The notes under the pieces: generated by a model
Databases searched by the model: none
Told to the model about the DNA's origin: nothing
What the model saw: only the letters and a program-made list of their open reading frames with translations
Made by a program: the position numbers and the translations under genes
Shown here: positions 54,593 to 64,000 of the stretch, piece after piece
Layout of the letters: every line of letters begins with the position of its first letter
Numbering within the stretch: position 1 is the stretch's first letter
Source: Eledone cirrhosa
Taxonomy: Eukaryota
Length of the DNA: 64,000 nt
Assembly (NCBI GenBank): GCA_964016885.1
Contig: OZ024741.1
Location: forward strand, 391,468,001-391,532,000
Direction of reading: 5' to 3'

Positions 54593-54600
<8 letters not shown>
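54250..54600 (+). mobile_element. Composite of a family C-like end module, (TA)n and a family D module; inverted duplicate at 57797-58148
   Basis: The same 'MLNKSS..' pseudo-ORF appears at 54296 (+) and 58102 (-), and the nucleotide sequences are near-identical. Confidence 0.85.
54424..54461 (+). ncRNA. Minimal type I hammerhead with a U3-A8 core (five copies in window)
   Basis: CCTT-TTGAAAA-GCAG-AAGAA-CTGC-GAA-ACCGGT-A-AAGG. Other copies at 50200-50237 (+), 53786-53823 (-), 55892-55929 (+) and 57937-57974 (-). Confidence 0.75.
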
Positions 54601-54648
<48 letters not shown>

Positions 54649-54872
54649 CAAGTAAGTATGTTTTGAAACAGTGAGCAGGTTTGAAATTATAAAATAGAAT
54701 AGCTTTCACGGTATTTTTTGACTAAATAAATTTTAGTCTGATAATGGGGTTTAGAACCCTCAGATAAATGGAAAAAGATGAGTATTGACGTACATATATA
54801 TATATGTATATATGTTATATATATATATGTATATATATATATGTATGTGTGTGTGTGTGTTTATGTGTGTGT

Positions 54873-55110
54873 CAGGTCGCTCTCAAGTACTACGGGTAAC
54901 ATGTAACCCAGTACAGCCTGTCTCATAGTCGGGTCGTCGGCGACTAAACCGGCAACCCCAACAAGTTTGTTTGGTGAGGAGGGTGATATTTGGACGCCCT
55001 GTGGGATGAAATACAAGACCCGGCCATCCAAATAGTACTTTTTTATCAACTGGGAGTGAAAGGCCCCCAGAGATTGGTCGAATGCAAGGCCTTTGCCCAC
55101 TTAAAAAACA
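54873..55110 (+). mobile_element. Probable 5' UTR fragment of an RTE-type LINE or a derived short element
   Basis: GC-richer island (CGGGTAAC..AACCCAGTACAGCC..GGCGACTAAACCGGCAACCCC..GGTGAGGAGGGTG..CCCTGTGGGATG) resembling RTE 5' ends as I recall them; no coding support. Confidence 0.35.
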
Positions 55111-55273
55111 TTCAAAGCACAGACATTGCTTGTTCAGGATATGTTACAGGTTTGTGTGACTGGCAGTAGCAGTGCATCAAACTCTATAATCCGCCAAGCA
55201 ATTGCAGTACCCCTAGCAGAGTTGGCAGCCATCATATATATATGTGTGTGTGCGGGTGTGTGTATATATATGT

Positions 55274-55305
<32 letters not shown>

Positions 55306-55438
55306 CTATATCCAAAATTAAGATAAATCAAAGTGAATTTAATCTAAATCAAAATTATGGGTGTCATGCCAGAAAGGCATGCGCCATATTACCCTTAAAA
55401 TAAGCTACAAGATTCTAATGAATAGGTCCGAGCATTTT

Positions 55439-55776
55439 ATAACAACTAGAAATTGATTAACATATAAATAAACATGTGAAACAATCACAGGGGATAATCT
55501 TTACAATTGTGTAAGCATACATAGCTAGGTAGGTAACTAAATAAAGTTAACTAGAACTTCAAAAATAGATACCTTATAATATGATTAATCTTCCCTGTAT
55601 ATATTCCATTAAAGAAATATATTTCACCAATTAATCGAATAGTCAACCACGGAGGCCGATATTTGGATTTTCAACAAGGAAGAAGTCCAGCCATCTGTGT
55701 TTACGCATTAAGTTCAAATCAGCGACTGGCCAGTTTCACATGTTTATTTATATGTTAATCAATTTCTAGTTGTTAT
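55439..55776. repeat. 44-bp perfect inverted repeats enclosing 250 bp
   Basis: ATAACAACTAGAAATTGATTAACATATAAATAAACATGTGAAAC (55439-55482) and its reverse complement (55733-55776). Confidence 0.85.
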
Positions 55777-55790
55777 GTATATATATATAA

Positions 55791-55880
<90 letters not shown>

Positions 55881-55881
<1 letters not shown>

Positions 55882-56063
55882 TCTCAACTCACCTTTTGAA
55901 AAGCAGAAGAACTGCGAAACCGGTAAAGGAACCAAATAAATATATATATTTTTTTTTAAAATAAGACTCCAGTTGCATTTTCGATTTCATCTCTTTTTCT
56001 TTATACTTTCACTCGTGTAGGGCACCTCGGTTATTTTTCAATTTGTAAAAAAAACCTCACTTT

Positions 56064-56066
<3 letters not shown>
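55881..56066 (+). mobile_element. Family D module inside (TA)n
   Basis: Near-identical to 54413-54598; long (TA)n on both sides. Confidence 0.85.
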
Positions 56067-56115
<49 letters not shown>

Positions 56116-56159
56116 TAAAATGTGGAGAAGGGGGACACGAGTTGGAATATATATATATA

Positions 56160-56928
56160 TGTAAATAGGGAGAAAAAGACGATTATTAGGAAGAAAAATA
56201 TTTGTTTTCCCTTTATTTTTTTCTCTTTTTTCTGGGTTAGAAAATGTTTAAAACAAAATATTTTACTTTGTGTGAAGAGTTAAGGTATTAGTTAATTAAT
56301 TTATTAATTAACAATACCATTTATTTATTTATTTATCAATTTATTTATTTAATAATTGTCAATTACCGGTTTCAGCATTTTATGCATTATCAAAGGGGGG
56401 AAAAATGTAGGAGAGAAGATGAACATGTTAAGGTAATGGGAAAGAAAGAATAATATTATTTACAGGCATAGTTCTTGAGGATAAGCAGTTCAAAAAGTTT
56501 CATTATGGCAGCAGCGCTTAGATAAGTTGATCCATAATGGAGGCAAATGGTAGTCTGAGGTCGGATGTTTTCCCTTTTTAGAGAGTTAATATGCAGGGGG
56601 GTAATTCAGGGTGGTCGGGTAGGAGAAAGAGAGGAGAGGGGGTAATTCATTTATATAAGAAAAAGGATTAGGTAGGGTGTGAGGGAGGTAACTCTTCAGA
56701 AAATGTAGGAATTTGGAGCTTTGGTTCATTGTTCGTTCCAGTTTTACTTTAGTCCGAAGTTTAGTCCATTAAATACTGTTAATTAATAAATAAATTAACT
56801 AATACCTTAACACTTCACACAAAGTAAAATATTTTGTTTTAAACATTTTCTAACACAGAAAAAATAAAATAAAATAAAGGAAAAAAAATATTTTTCTTCC
56901 TAATAATTGTTTTTTTCTTCCTATTTAC
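56160..56928. mobile_element. Foldback element with ~155-bp AT-rich inverted arms and an internal hammerhead-like core
   Basis: Arms ~56160-56315 and ~56773-56928. Minus strand 56364-56393 reads TTGATAA-TGCATAAAATGCT-GAA-ACCGGT-A. Confidence 0.7.
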
Positions 56929-56937
56929 ACACACACG

Positions 56938-57010
<73 letters not shown>

Positions 57011-57014
<4 letters not shown>

Positions 57015-57253
57015 ATCTGCTTCGTAGAATCGAGACGTATCCGAGGACCGCGCGATTTCAGAGTCAGGTTTGATCACCACATCGATCGTGCCTCGAGCTG
57101 GTCGCTCGAGAAACAATTATAATATGTCCAATAAATTCATTTTCGTCGCAACACTGATTCTCTTTTTTCTGTGATATCATACTCTGCTCTACGAGGGCAT
57201 CGAGTGCTCATACGGCCTACCGCATACGAACGCTTTGAGCATCCAACACCAAT
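57011..57253 (+). mobile_element. Family C end module
   Basis: Homologous to 44833-45010 (-); shares GATTTCAGAGTC and GAGCTG..GAAA with 58120-58210 (-). Confidence 0.6.
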
Positions 57254-57475
57254 TATATATATACGCGTGGTTAAAATTCATGACAGAATTAATTGACCTG
57301 CATATATATTATTTTATGTTTTACGATGACCTCCCCTTCCCGTTTGGGGACTGTGGGAAATTTCTTTTTGTGAGACTGCTGGAATTTCAAATTTAGCGGT
57401 CACACTAGCACTGACGGGGACCATCGCTGAATATTAATATCAGTATGGTTTTTTTTATATCGATATTGTTGGGCA

Positions 57476-57597
57476 TCCACTGATGAGTTACAAGTGCCCA
57501 CCTGCATATATTCCTATGGACTATGTGCAGGCTTCTACATAACCTGGACATTATTTTCCCAACTTGTAGAAAACTTATAATGAAACGATCGTTTGGA
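57476..57597 (+). ncRNA. Type I hammerhead motif with a 95-nt branched stem II
   Basis: TCCA-CTGATGA-GTTACAAGT..[CCTGCATATA/TATGTGCAGG hairpin]..ACTTATAAT-GAA-ACGATCGT-T-TGGA; palindromic stem III. Confidence 0.7.
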
Positions 57598-57796
57598 AGG
57601 AGAGATGTATTTAATTATGTCTCATATAAAATAATACAACTGGCTATCTGCAAAATACAATATAGTTAGCACCCCAAACATATAATTGGGATTATACTCA
57701 GGTATATCCTAATGTTTGTTGAGGTGAGATAGATGTCGGTCGGAGTATTGCTTAAAGCTTTCTCTATTAATGTATTAAGTATATATATATATATAT

Positions 57797-58583
57797 ATTA
57801 GAAAGTGAGGTTTTTTTTTACAAAATGAAAAATAACCGAGGTGTCCTACACGAGTGAAAGTATAAAGAAAAAGAGATGAAATCGAAAATGCAACTGGAGT
57901 CTTATTTTTTTTTTAAATATATATATTTATTTGGTTCCTTTACCGGTTTCGCAGTTCTTCTGCTTTTCAAAAGGTGAGTTGAGATGGAGGGTCTGTGGTT
58001 TTTCTCACATATATATATATCGATGTTTAGGTTCACGTCTGTAGCGAGGTGTAGAGCTAAACAGATGTAAATATAATAATACAACGACGATTTGTTAAGC
58101 ATTCATTACGTTTATTGATTGGTGACGCGCTTTTCGCTATTGATCAGCTCAAGGTTCGATCTGTATCGATCCGGCCGGACTCTGAAATCAAAAGCTTTTC
58201 GGACCTCTGCTGTTGTAATGACAGAAATGTCTGTAACGTTTCGCGTTCATATGGTGGTCAGTTTATGTTGTTTTGACTTGTGGTTTAGCTATGAGGAATG
58301 TTTTGGATGTGTGATAGGTGGGGAGGGGGATAAGTATAGTGACGAGGTGGTGGTGGTGGGGAGCTATGGTTAATGTGAGTTGCGGGGTTGTGGTGTTTTG
58401 GCTTATCATAGACATGTCGACGAGCACATGGTGAGGCTGGGGTGCTGTGTGAAGTGTGGATAACCAGCAGAAACTCCCCTACAGCACCACACTCTTTCAT
58501 GTCCCATCACGCACAGCACTACCACACCCCACACAGCACCTCCACCTTCAGGTTTAACAAATCGTCCTTGTATTATTATTATT
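57797..58583 (-). mobile_element. Family D module plus a longer family C-like element with a short inverted end piece at 58555-58583
   Basis: 57797-58148 is the reverse complement of 54250-54600. TTAACAAATCGTCCTTGTATTATTAT at 58555 is the inverted copy of ~58073-58098. Confidence 0.7.
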
Positions 58584-58587
58584 TGGA

Positions 58588-58785
58588 TTAGCAGTATCGG
58601 TAGAGGGTCGGACGCCATGCTTTGACGCATAGAGTTACGGCCCTTGCCATTCTGAGTTCAAATCCCGCCGAGGTTAACTTTTCCTTTCATCCTTACGGGG
58701 TCGATAAAATAAAGTACCAGTAATACACTGGATAATTGCTGGCCTTGAGCCAAAAGTAGAAACAATTATTATTATTATTATTATT
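58588..58785 (+). mobile_element. tRNA-derived SINE, degenerate, with an (ATT)n tail
   Basis: Pol III B-box-like GAGTTCAAATCCC (58654-58666) followed by the conserved SINE central motif CCTTTCATCCTTACGGGGTCGATAAAATAAAGTACCAG. It resembles the abundant octopus SINE as I recall it. Confidence 0.75.
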
Positions 58786-59162
58786 GTTCTTTGAGTCTCA
58801 GTCATTGATGTTATTTAACTGGAAGGTTTGTTGAAATGAATATCAAGCCGCTACCTGCAGCCTCAGATATTCAGGACGTATCGGAGGGTTCCTGCTGTTC
58901 CCAGCAAGCATGCCTATTGAAGTGTTCCAAAAAGCGGGGCTGGACTAATCTTCTTTAACCATCCTTGGAAACTCTTTGAGAAAGTACCTAGTGCTTCTAT
59001 GACAACTGGGACGACCTTGACTTCATGGCAGGACGTATCGGAGGGTTCTTGCTGTTCCCAGCAAGCATGCCTTTTGAAGTGTTCCAAAAAGCGATGCGGG
59101 ACCAATTTTCTTTAACCATCCTTGAAAACTCTTTGAGATAGTACCTAGTGCGCCTATGACAA
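58786..59162 (-). pseudogene. Two tandem 3' fragments of a second R4/Dong-type LINE family (157-bp period)
   Basis: KVVPVVIEALGT..LQ*ACLLGTAGTLRYVLNI* parallels the adjacent LINE's TIPVVVGALG..IQKIVLMGTAHILRKILSI*. Duplicated at 58872-59004 and 59029-59162; the 3' end abuts (TAA)n. Confidence 0.8.
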
Positions 59163-59319
59163 TCTATTATTATTATAGTTGCATTTATCTTGCTTTATGT
59201 TCATACGAGTTATCACCAAGTCACAACCAGTGACCCCAAGAGACAACAAGATCCGCCATGTTCAAGAAAGAACATACATATTCACACATGCATCTTTAGT
59301 GTTTAGACTTGTGATGTAC

Positions 59320-61956
59320 TTATATTGACAGAATCTTCCTTAGTATATGGGCAGTTCCCATTAGTACTATCTTTTGTATTTCTCCTATACGCGGGTTTCC
59401 TGGGATTTGCAATATGTAATCATTAGACCCCTTAGGTATCATTCCCAGAGCGCCTACAACCACTGGTATTGTTTTAGTTCTCAATTTCCACATTTTTCCA
59501 ATTTCTATCTCCAGGTCCTTATACTTGCTCAATTTTTCAAATGTTTTTATAGATACATTCTTGTCTATTGGAACAGACATATCAATTAGCAGGCATACCC
59601 TCTTTTTAAAGTCCTTCAATATTATATCAGGTCTATTTGCATCTATTTTTCGGTCTGTTTGGATGCTAAAGTTCCACAAGATTGAGATGTGATCTTTTTC
59701 AAGTATGGGAGGTGGTTGATGCTCCCACCAATTCTTTTGATGGGGCAGGTCAAAATGCTTACACATTATCCAATGTATGTATTGTGCAGCTCTGTCATGC
59801 CTGTTTAGGTATTCGGTTGGAGCTATAGGACTGCACATTGAAATTATATGGTCAATGGTCTCTGGTTGTTTTTTGCATACACGGCATAATGGGCTGCACC
59901 CATTTTTTATTATGTTGGCTTGGTAATTTTTTGTTGGCAGACACTGATCTTGTGCTGATATAATCAGTCCTTCAGTCTCCAATTTCAGTCCAGAGGATGC
60001 CAACCACTGATGGGTTAAAGTTTTGTCAACATCAGGATTGTTAGCTCGCTCTGGGTATTTTCCATACAGAGGCTTTTCTTGCCATTTCTTAGCCAGTTTC
60101 TGTAGCAGTTCTTTCTTTGCAGTTACTTTTACCTGCTTTGCTTTTTCTGTGTTTTCCATTTCAGCAGTAAATGGGACTTCTGAAATTTGTAGTCCATTAC
60201 TGTATCTTTGTGCATCTTTTGTAATGGAATATGATCTTTTGATGCTTTCGTGTTTCAGAACGAGTTTGATCATCCAATCATGTGCTTCCCTTAGATATGT
60301 AGATAATCCAATTGTTGCAGTTTTCAACGCAATGTCTAACTGGATTAACCCACGTCCTCCTTCTTTCCTAGGGAGATATATTCTATCTATATCTGCCTTA
60401 GGGTGATGCATTCTGTGCATGGTTAAGAATTTTTTAATTTTTGTATCGAGCCTACGGATCTCTGTGCTTGACCAGTTGATGACATTGTAACTGTAGGTTA
60501 CTACTGGTATGGCAAGCGTGTTTATGGCATCGATCCTATTCCTTGCATTCAATTCCGTTCTTAAGATTGCTCTTACTCTGCGGTAACATTCCTTCCTTAT
60601 CCTTTCCCTCATTGTCGAGTGCTTGATTCCGTCTCCTTCACAAACACCTAGATATTTGTAAGTTTTTTCTTGATCAAGTTCTCTTATCACGTTCCCCCGA
60701 TCAAGATTAATGTCTGAACTCTTCAGCAGCTTTCCTCTGGTGAACGTTGCTTTGGCGCATTTATCTAGTCCAAACTCCATTTTAATGTCATCACTGAACT
60801 GCTCCACAGTGGATAATAGCCCTTGCAATTGTTCATCATTTTTTGCAAATAGTTTCAGATCATCCATGTAGAACAGGTGATTAATGGTTTTGTCATAGAC
60901 TTTATATCCATGTTTTGTTTCATTGAGCATTTTACTTAATGGTATAAGTGCGATGCAGAATAAAAGCGATGATAAAGAGTCACCCTGAAAAATTCCACAA
61001 TTAATATTAACTTCTCCAGCTTCCAGTGATTTTGTTTCACTATTCAAAAAGAGTGTCGTTTTCCATGTCTTCATACTGAATGACAAAAACCTCCTGACAA
61101 CGGGGGATATTTTGAAAATCTCTAAACATTTTTCAATCCAACTGTGTGGCAAACTATCGAATGCTTTTTTATAATCTATCCAAGCAATCGATAGATTTTT
61201 GTGTCTATTATGACAATCTTCCAGTATCATTTTGTTAACCAGAAGCTGATCCTTACAGCCATATGAGCCTCGTTTACACCCTTTCTGCTCAATGGGAAAT
61301 AGGTCATTTGTTATCAGGTGGTCATATGTGTATTCAGTTAGGACTGATGTTAAAATTTTATACATTGTGGTCAAGCAAGTTATCGGTCTGTAATTTTTGG
61401 GATTGTTTGTCTCATCATTCTTCGGAAGCAGGAATGTAATGCCGTTAACTAGCCATGATGGTATCTTTTCTGGCTCCTTAACTATTTCATTGTAAAGTTG
61501 GGCTAACAGCTCATGAGACTCTGTGAAGGCATTTATCCAAAAGTTTTGTATTTTGTCTTTTCCTGGGGATTTCCATTTGCTGGTTTTTCTTAAAGCCAAG
61601 CGCAACTGTTCAACTGTTATATTTTCCCATATTTGTTCCTCAAGGTGAGCTGTATCTTTCATTTGTCTGTCTATCCATGGGGCATGTATGTTATGAACTT
61701 TTTCTTCGGCCCAGATCTTTTCCCAGAATTCTTGCACTTCCTCCTTGGGTGGTATTGATTTAGCAGTTAGTGTTGACTTACCAATTTTTCTGTAGAAGTT
61801 TCTTTGGTTGTTTTTGAACATATTATTGTCCTTATAGAATCTAGATCGTTTTACAAAGCGCCTTATACGAGCAGCTTTGGCCGACACTTTTTGCTTGATT
61901 ATTTCTATCAGCATGTCTATGTCACATGTTGATTTTATACTGTACTTTTTTTTCAA
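59320..61956 (-). CDS. Reverse transcriptase, CCHC zinc knuckle and restriction-like endonuclease (878 aa open; frame stays open to ~62080)
   Basis: SPGKD, NYRPITCL, EQKGC, WIDYKKAFDS, GIFQGDSLS, YMDDLKL, YKYLG, GGRGL, CRVC..ETIDHIISMC, RPDII..LIDMSVP..K..KYKDL. Confidence 0.95.
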   Translation of the reverse strand: MKKKYSIKSTCDIDMLIEIIKQKVSAKAARIRRFVKRSRFYKDNNMFKNNQRNFYRKIGKSTLTAKSIPPKEEVQEFWEKIWAEEKVHNIHAPWIDRQMKDTAHLEEQIWENITVEQLRLALRKTSKWKSPGKDKIQNFWINAFTESHELLAQLYNEIVKEPEKIPSWLVNGITFLLPKNDETNNPKNYRPITCLTTMYKILTSVLTEYTYDHLITNDLFPIEQKGCKRGSYGCKDQLLVNKMILEDCHNRHKNLSIAWIDYKKAFDSLPHSWIEKCLEIFKISPVVRRFLSFSMKTWKTTLFLNSETKSLEAGEVNINCGIFQGDSLSSLLFCIALIPLSKMLNETKHGYKVYDKTINHLFYMDDLKLFAKNDEQLQGLLSTVEQFSDDIKMEFGLDKCAKATFTRGKLLKSSDINLDRGNVIRELDQEKTYKYLGVCEGDGIKHSTMRERIRKECYRRVRAILRTELNARNRIDAINTLAIPVVTYSYNVINWSSTEIRRLDTKIKKFLTMHRMHHPKADIDRIYLPRKEGGRGLIQLDIALKTATIGLSTYLREAHDWMIKLVLKHESIKRSYSITKDAQRYSNGLQISEVPFTAEMENTEKAKQVKVTAKKELLQKLAKKWQEKPLYGKYPERANNPDVDKTLTHQWLASSGLKLETEGLIISAQDQCLPTKNYQANIIKNGCSPLCRVCKKQPETIDHIISMCSPIAPTEYLNRHDRAAQYIHWIMCKHFDLPHQKNWWEHQPPPILEKDHISILWNFSIQTDRKIDANRPDIILKDFKKRVCLLIDMSVPIDKNVSIKTFEKLSKYKDLEIEIGKMWKLRTKTIPVVVGALGMIPKGSNDYILQIPGNPRIGEIQKIVLMGTAHILRKILSI

Positions 61957-62017
61957 TTTTCTAAGTTTAGTTTGTTTAACATGTTCACCTACTTTATAGT
62001 TTGTTGAAATTTCTATG

Positions 62018-62969
62018 TCAGATCGGAGAAGGTTTATTTGGCGATTGATGTTCTCTTGCCAAGTAGGTTTCTTGTTGGAATTCCTTTGTTTTTTTCATTT
62101 TCACTCCACATAAGTGAGTGGTGACTTTAGCCGATGCATAATAGAGATGATTTAAATCAGTAATGTTTAGTTTGTTTGTGATGATAATGTTTTTGAGAAT
62201 TATGTTAGTCTTGTGTATTATCTTTTGGTTCTGTTTGGAGTTCTGGATCTTAGGGAGGGTGTCTCGTTGCCCCATGTAAGATTCTTTCATTTTCATCCAT
62301 TCGATCATAATTTCATCCTTCAAGTTGGCAAGTTCATTCTCATTCATTTCTTTATCATTTACGATCTCATTATTTTCATTTGGAGTTTCATCCTGAGCAT
62401 GCACTCCCTCCACTTTTTCGATCCTTTCTTTAATTTGTTCTGTTGCCAGTGATTCCGCCCCAACCCTGTGATTCGAAGTGTTACAGTTTACCTCGTTTTC
62501 ACTGACACATGTTTCATTTTCCCTTCGCTGACTTTGTGCTAATAGCTTGATCTGATCAATTTCTATATCAGTTAGTAACTTTTTTCTTACAATATTTCTT
62601 CGTATATTGGCTAGTTTGTTACTGTCAATATAGCCTCTGTTTTCGGGATGTTTCTTTTTCCAGTTGATATATGTCTGTTCTGTATTCGATGTATTTGATG
62701 GGTAGTACATGGCAGTGTAGAAAGCCTCAAGGACTTCTTTATTATCTTCCTTGACCATTTTTCTCTCTTTTTCTTTGGATTTCTTGGTGGTGAGCATGGA
62801 GGGCCAACAGTAGGAGTATTCCGGTTATGGGAGGTCTCCAGCTCCGAAGTGATGGGAAGGTTTGAACCATTAGCTGATTTTTCGACCCCAGTCTGGTTCC
62901 TCTCTGAGGGACGCGGCCCTTTTTACCCGGGTGACGGCCGATCCGGTATGAGATTTTATCATTAGACAT
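62018..62969 (-). pseudogene. Frameshifted N-terminal part of the same LINE ORF
   Basis: EDNKEVLEAFY..NKLANIRRNIVRKKLLTDIEIDQIK..TLPKI..ITDLNHLYYASA is typical of R4/Dong N-termini. It joins the RT frame (..KPTWQENINRQINLLRSD..) by a shift near 62085-62097, and a second shift lies near 62752. Confidence 0.75.
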
Positions 62970-64000
62970 TTACTTTATTTTGTCGCGTTTTATCCTTATC
63001 CGCCAAGGGGTTATCATTTCGTGTTACCACTTCTAGAACGAGTGTCAACCAAGACTAGAGGGGTCGTTCTCCCCTAGAGACACGGCTATTCCCCGCCGGC
63101 CGCCATCCCGGTATTTCTTGGTCACGGGGTTTTCTTTTTGTTGTTTTTTTTAAATTGTTTTTATCATGAGTGGTTCCTTAATGTGAGCATTGCGTGGCTT
63201 AAGAATGAAATTATTAATAACTGTCTCCACTCCAGGCACAAGGCCAGCAATCACCCAGTGCATTACAATAATATAATATACTTTTTGTTGTAGTTGGCTG
63301 TTATTGTTGTTGGCTATGTCGGTGGTGGTGCCGGGGCTTTTTATATTGTTGGTGAGGAAGGGGTGAGCCAAAAGTCCCATAGTTGTTGATGTTGACGTTT
63401 GGTCGGTGGCCAGGTCACTAAGTCAATCTATTTATATCTTTTGCTAGCCTCTCCCTTGTCTAGTGATACCGCCACCTTCCCCTTTCTCTCTCAAGTTAAC
63501 AGGGGAATAGTGGTGGTAGCAATGAAGGAGTGGTGGCGGCGGCGATGGGATAGTGGTAGCAGTGATGGATGGGGTGGGGTGGTGGCAGCGGTGGCGTTGT
63601 GGTTACTGATATGTAGTATCTATGAGTTTGTGTTCGTATGTTTAATATATATTTTTATTATATATTGTGTTGACATATTCCCGTAAAATTGGAATTAAAC
63701 ATTTTGTTAAAATTTGAGACAATAATAATAGTAATTATTATTATGATGCTGGGATTGATGGTGGTGGTGGTGAAATTGCCGTTATCTGGCTGTTATATTT
63801 AGTGTGATGGGATAGGTGGTGTATCAAGTTTCTGGTGTTGGTGAAATTGCTGTTATTTGGCTGTTCTATATAGTGTAGACAGAGGGTGTTTTCTTCCATT
63901 TATAACCATTTTCTTTTTTTGAATACAAAATATATAATACAAAATTGAATATTTGAGCGATACAACAATATAATATGGATCCGAAACTTTATGGGACCTC

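Larger units (their letters stand above)
59165..63134 (-). mobile_element. Apparently full-length R4/Dong-clade non-LTR retrotransposon (RLE type)
   Basis: Single-ORF layout with RT, CCHC and restriction-like endonuclease; ~145-nt 3' UTR ending in (TAA)n at 59165-59176; GC-rich structured 5' region. The 5' boundary is approximate. Confidence 0.88.

Noticed and set aside
54875-54950. Possible HDV-like ribozyme in the RTE-like 5' fragment (GGTCGCT/GGCGACT helix)
   Set aside because: No P3/L3 or P1.1 GG follows the helix, so the nested double pseudoknot cannot be built.
58640-58680. tRNA gene
   Set aside because: Only a B-box-like segment is present, with no cloverleaf, and it is followed by SINE body sequence.
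59374-62452. Plus-strand ORFs at 59374, 60023 and 62213 (also 47936-48550)
   Set aside because: They are antisense shadows of transposon coding sequence with no independent motifs.

Overview
Eukaryotic, repeat-only window with no recognisable host gene. The microsatellite style and a SINE suggest an octopod cephalopod (inference). Bases 1-37593 are one head-to-tail satellite array of about 550 monomers of ~68 bp. Each monomer has a TTACTATAGTAA palindrome and a variable (TA)n(GA)n tract, and the array has kb-scale higher-order repeats whose period changes along it. All ORFs there are artefacts. The rest (37.6-64 kb) is transposon debris set between (TA)n/(CA)n/(GA)n microsatellites: four decayed Penelope-like elements (PLEs; RT plus C-terminal GIY-YIG), many short PLE-type end modules often arranged as foldbacks, a Chapaev3-type DNA transposon with CAC..GTG ends and TAA target duplications, RTE fragments, a tRNA-derived SINE, and a nearly intact R4/Dong-clade LINE. 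The most interesting signal is RNA-level: about 15 type I hammerhead-ribozyme-like motifs from several families. They include a compensatory U3-A8 core variant, an A4 variant and variants with long stem II insertions. Many sit in a shared 3' layout (hammerhead, AATAAA, a TNGAG motif ~40-50 nt from the end, then a microsatellite). All structures were read by eye and none has been computed or tested.
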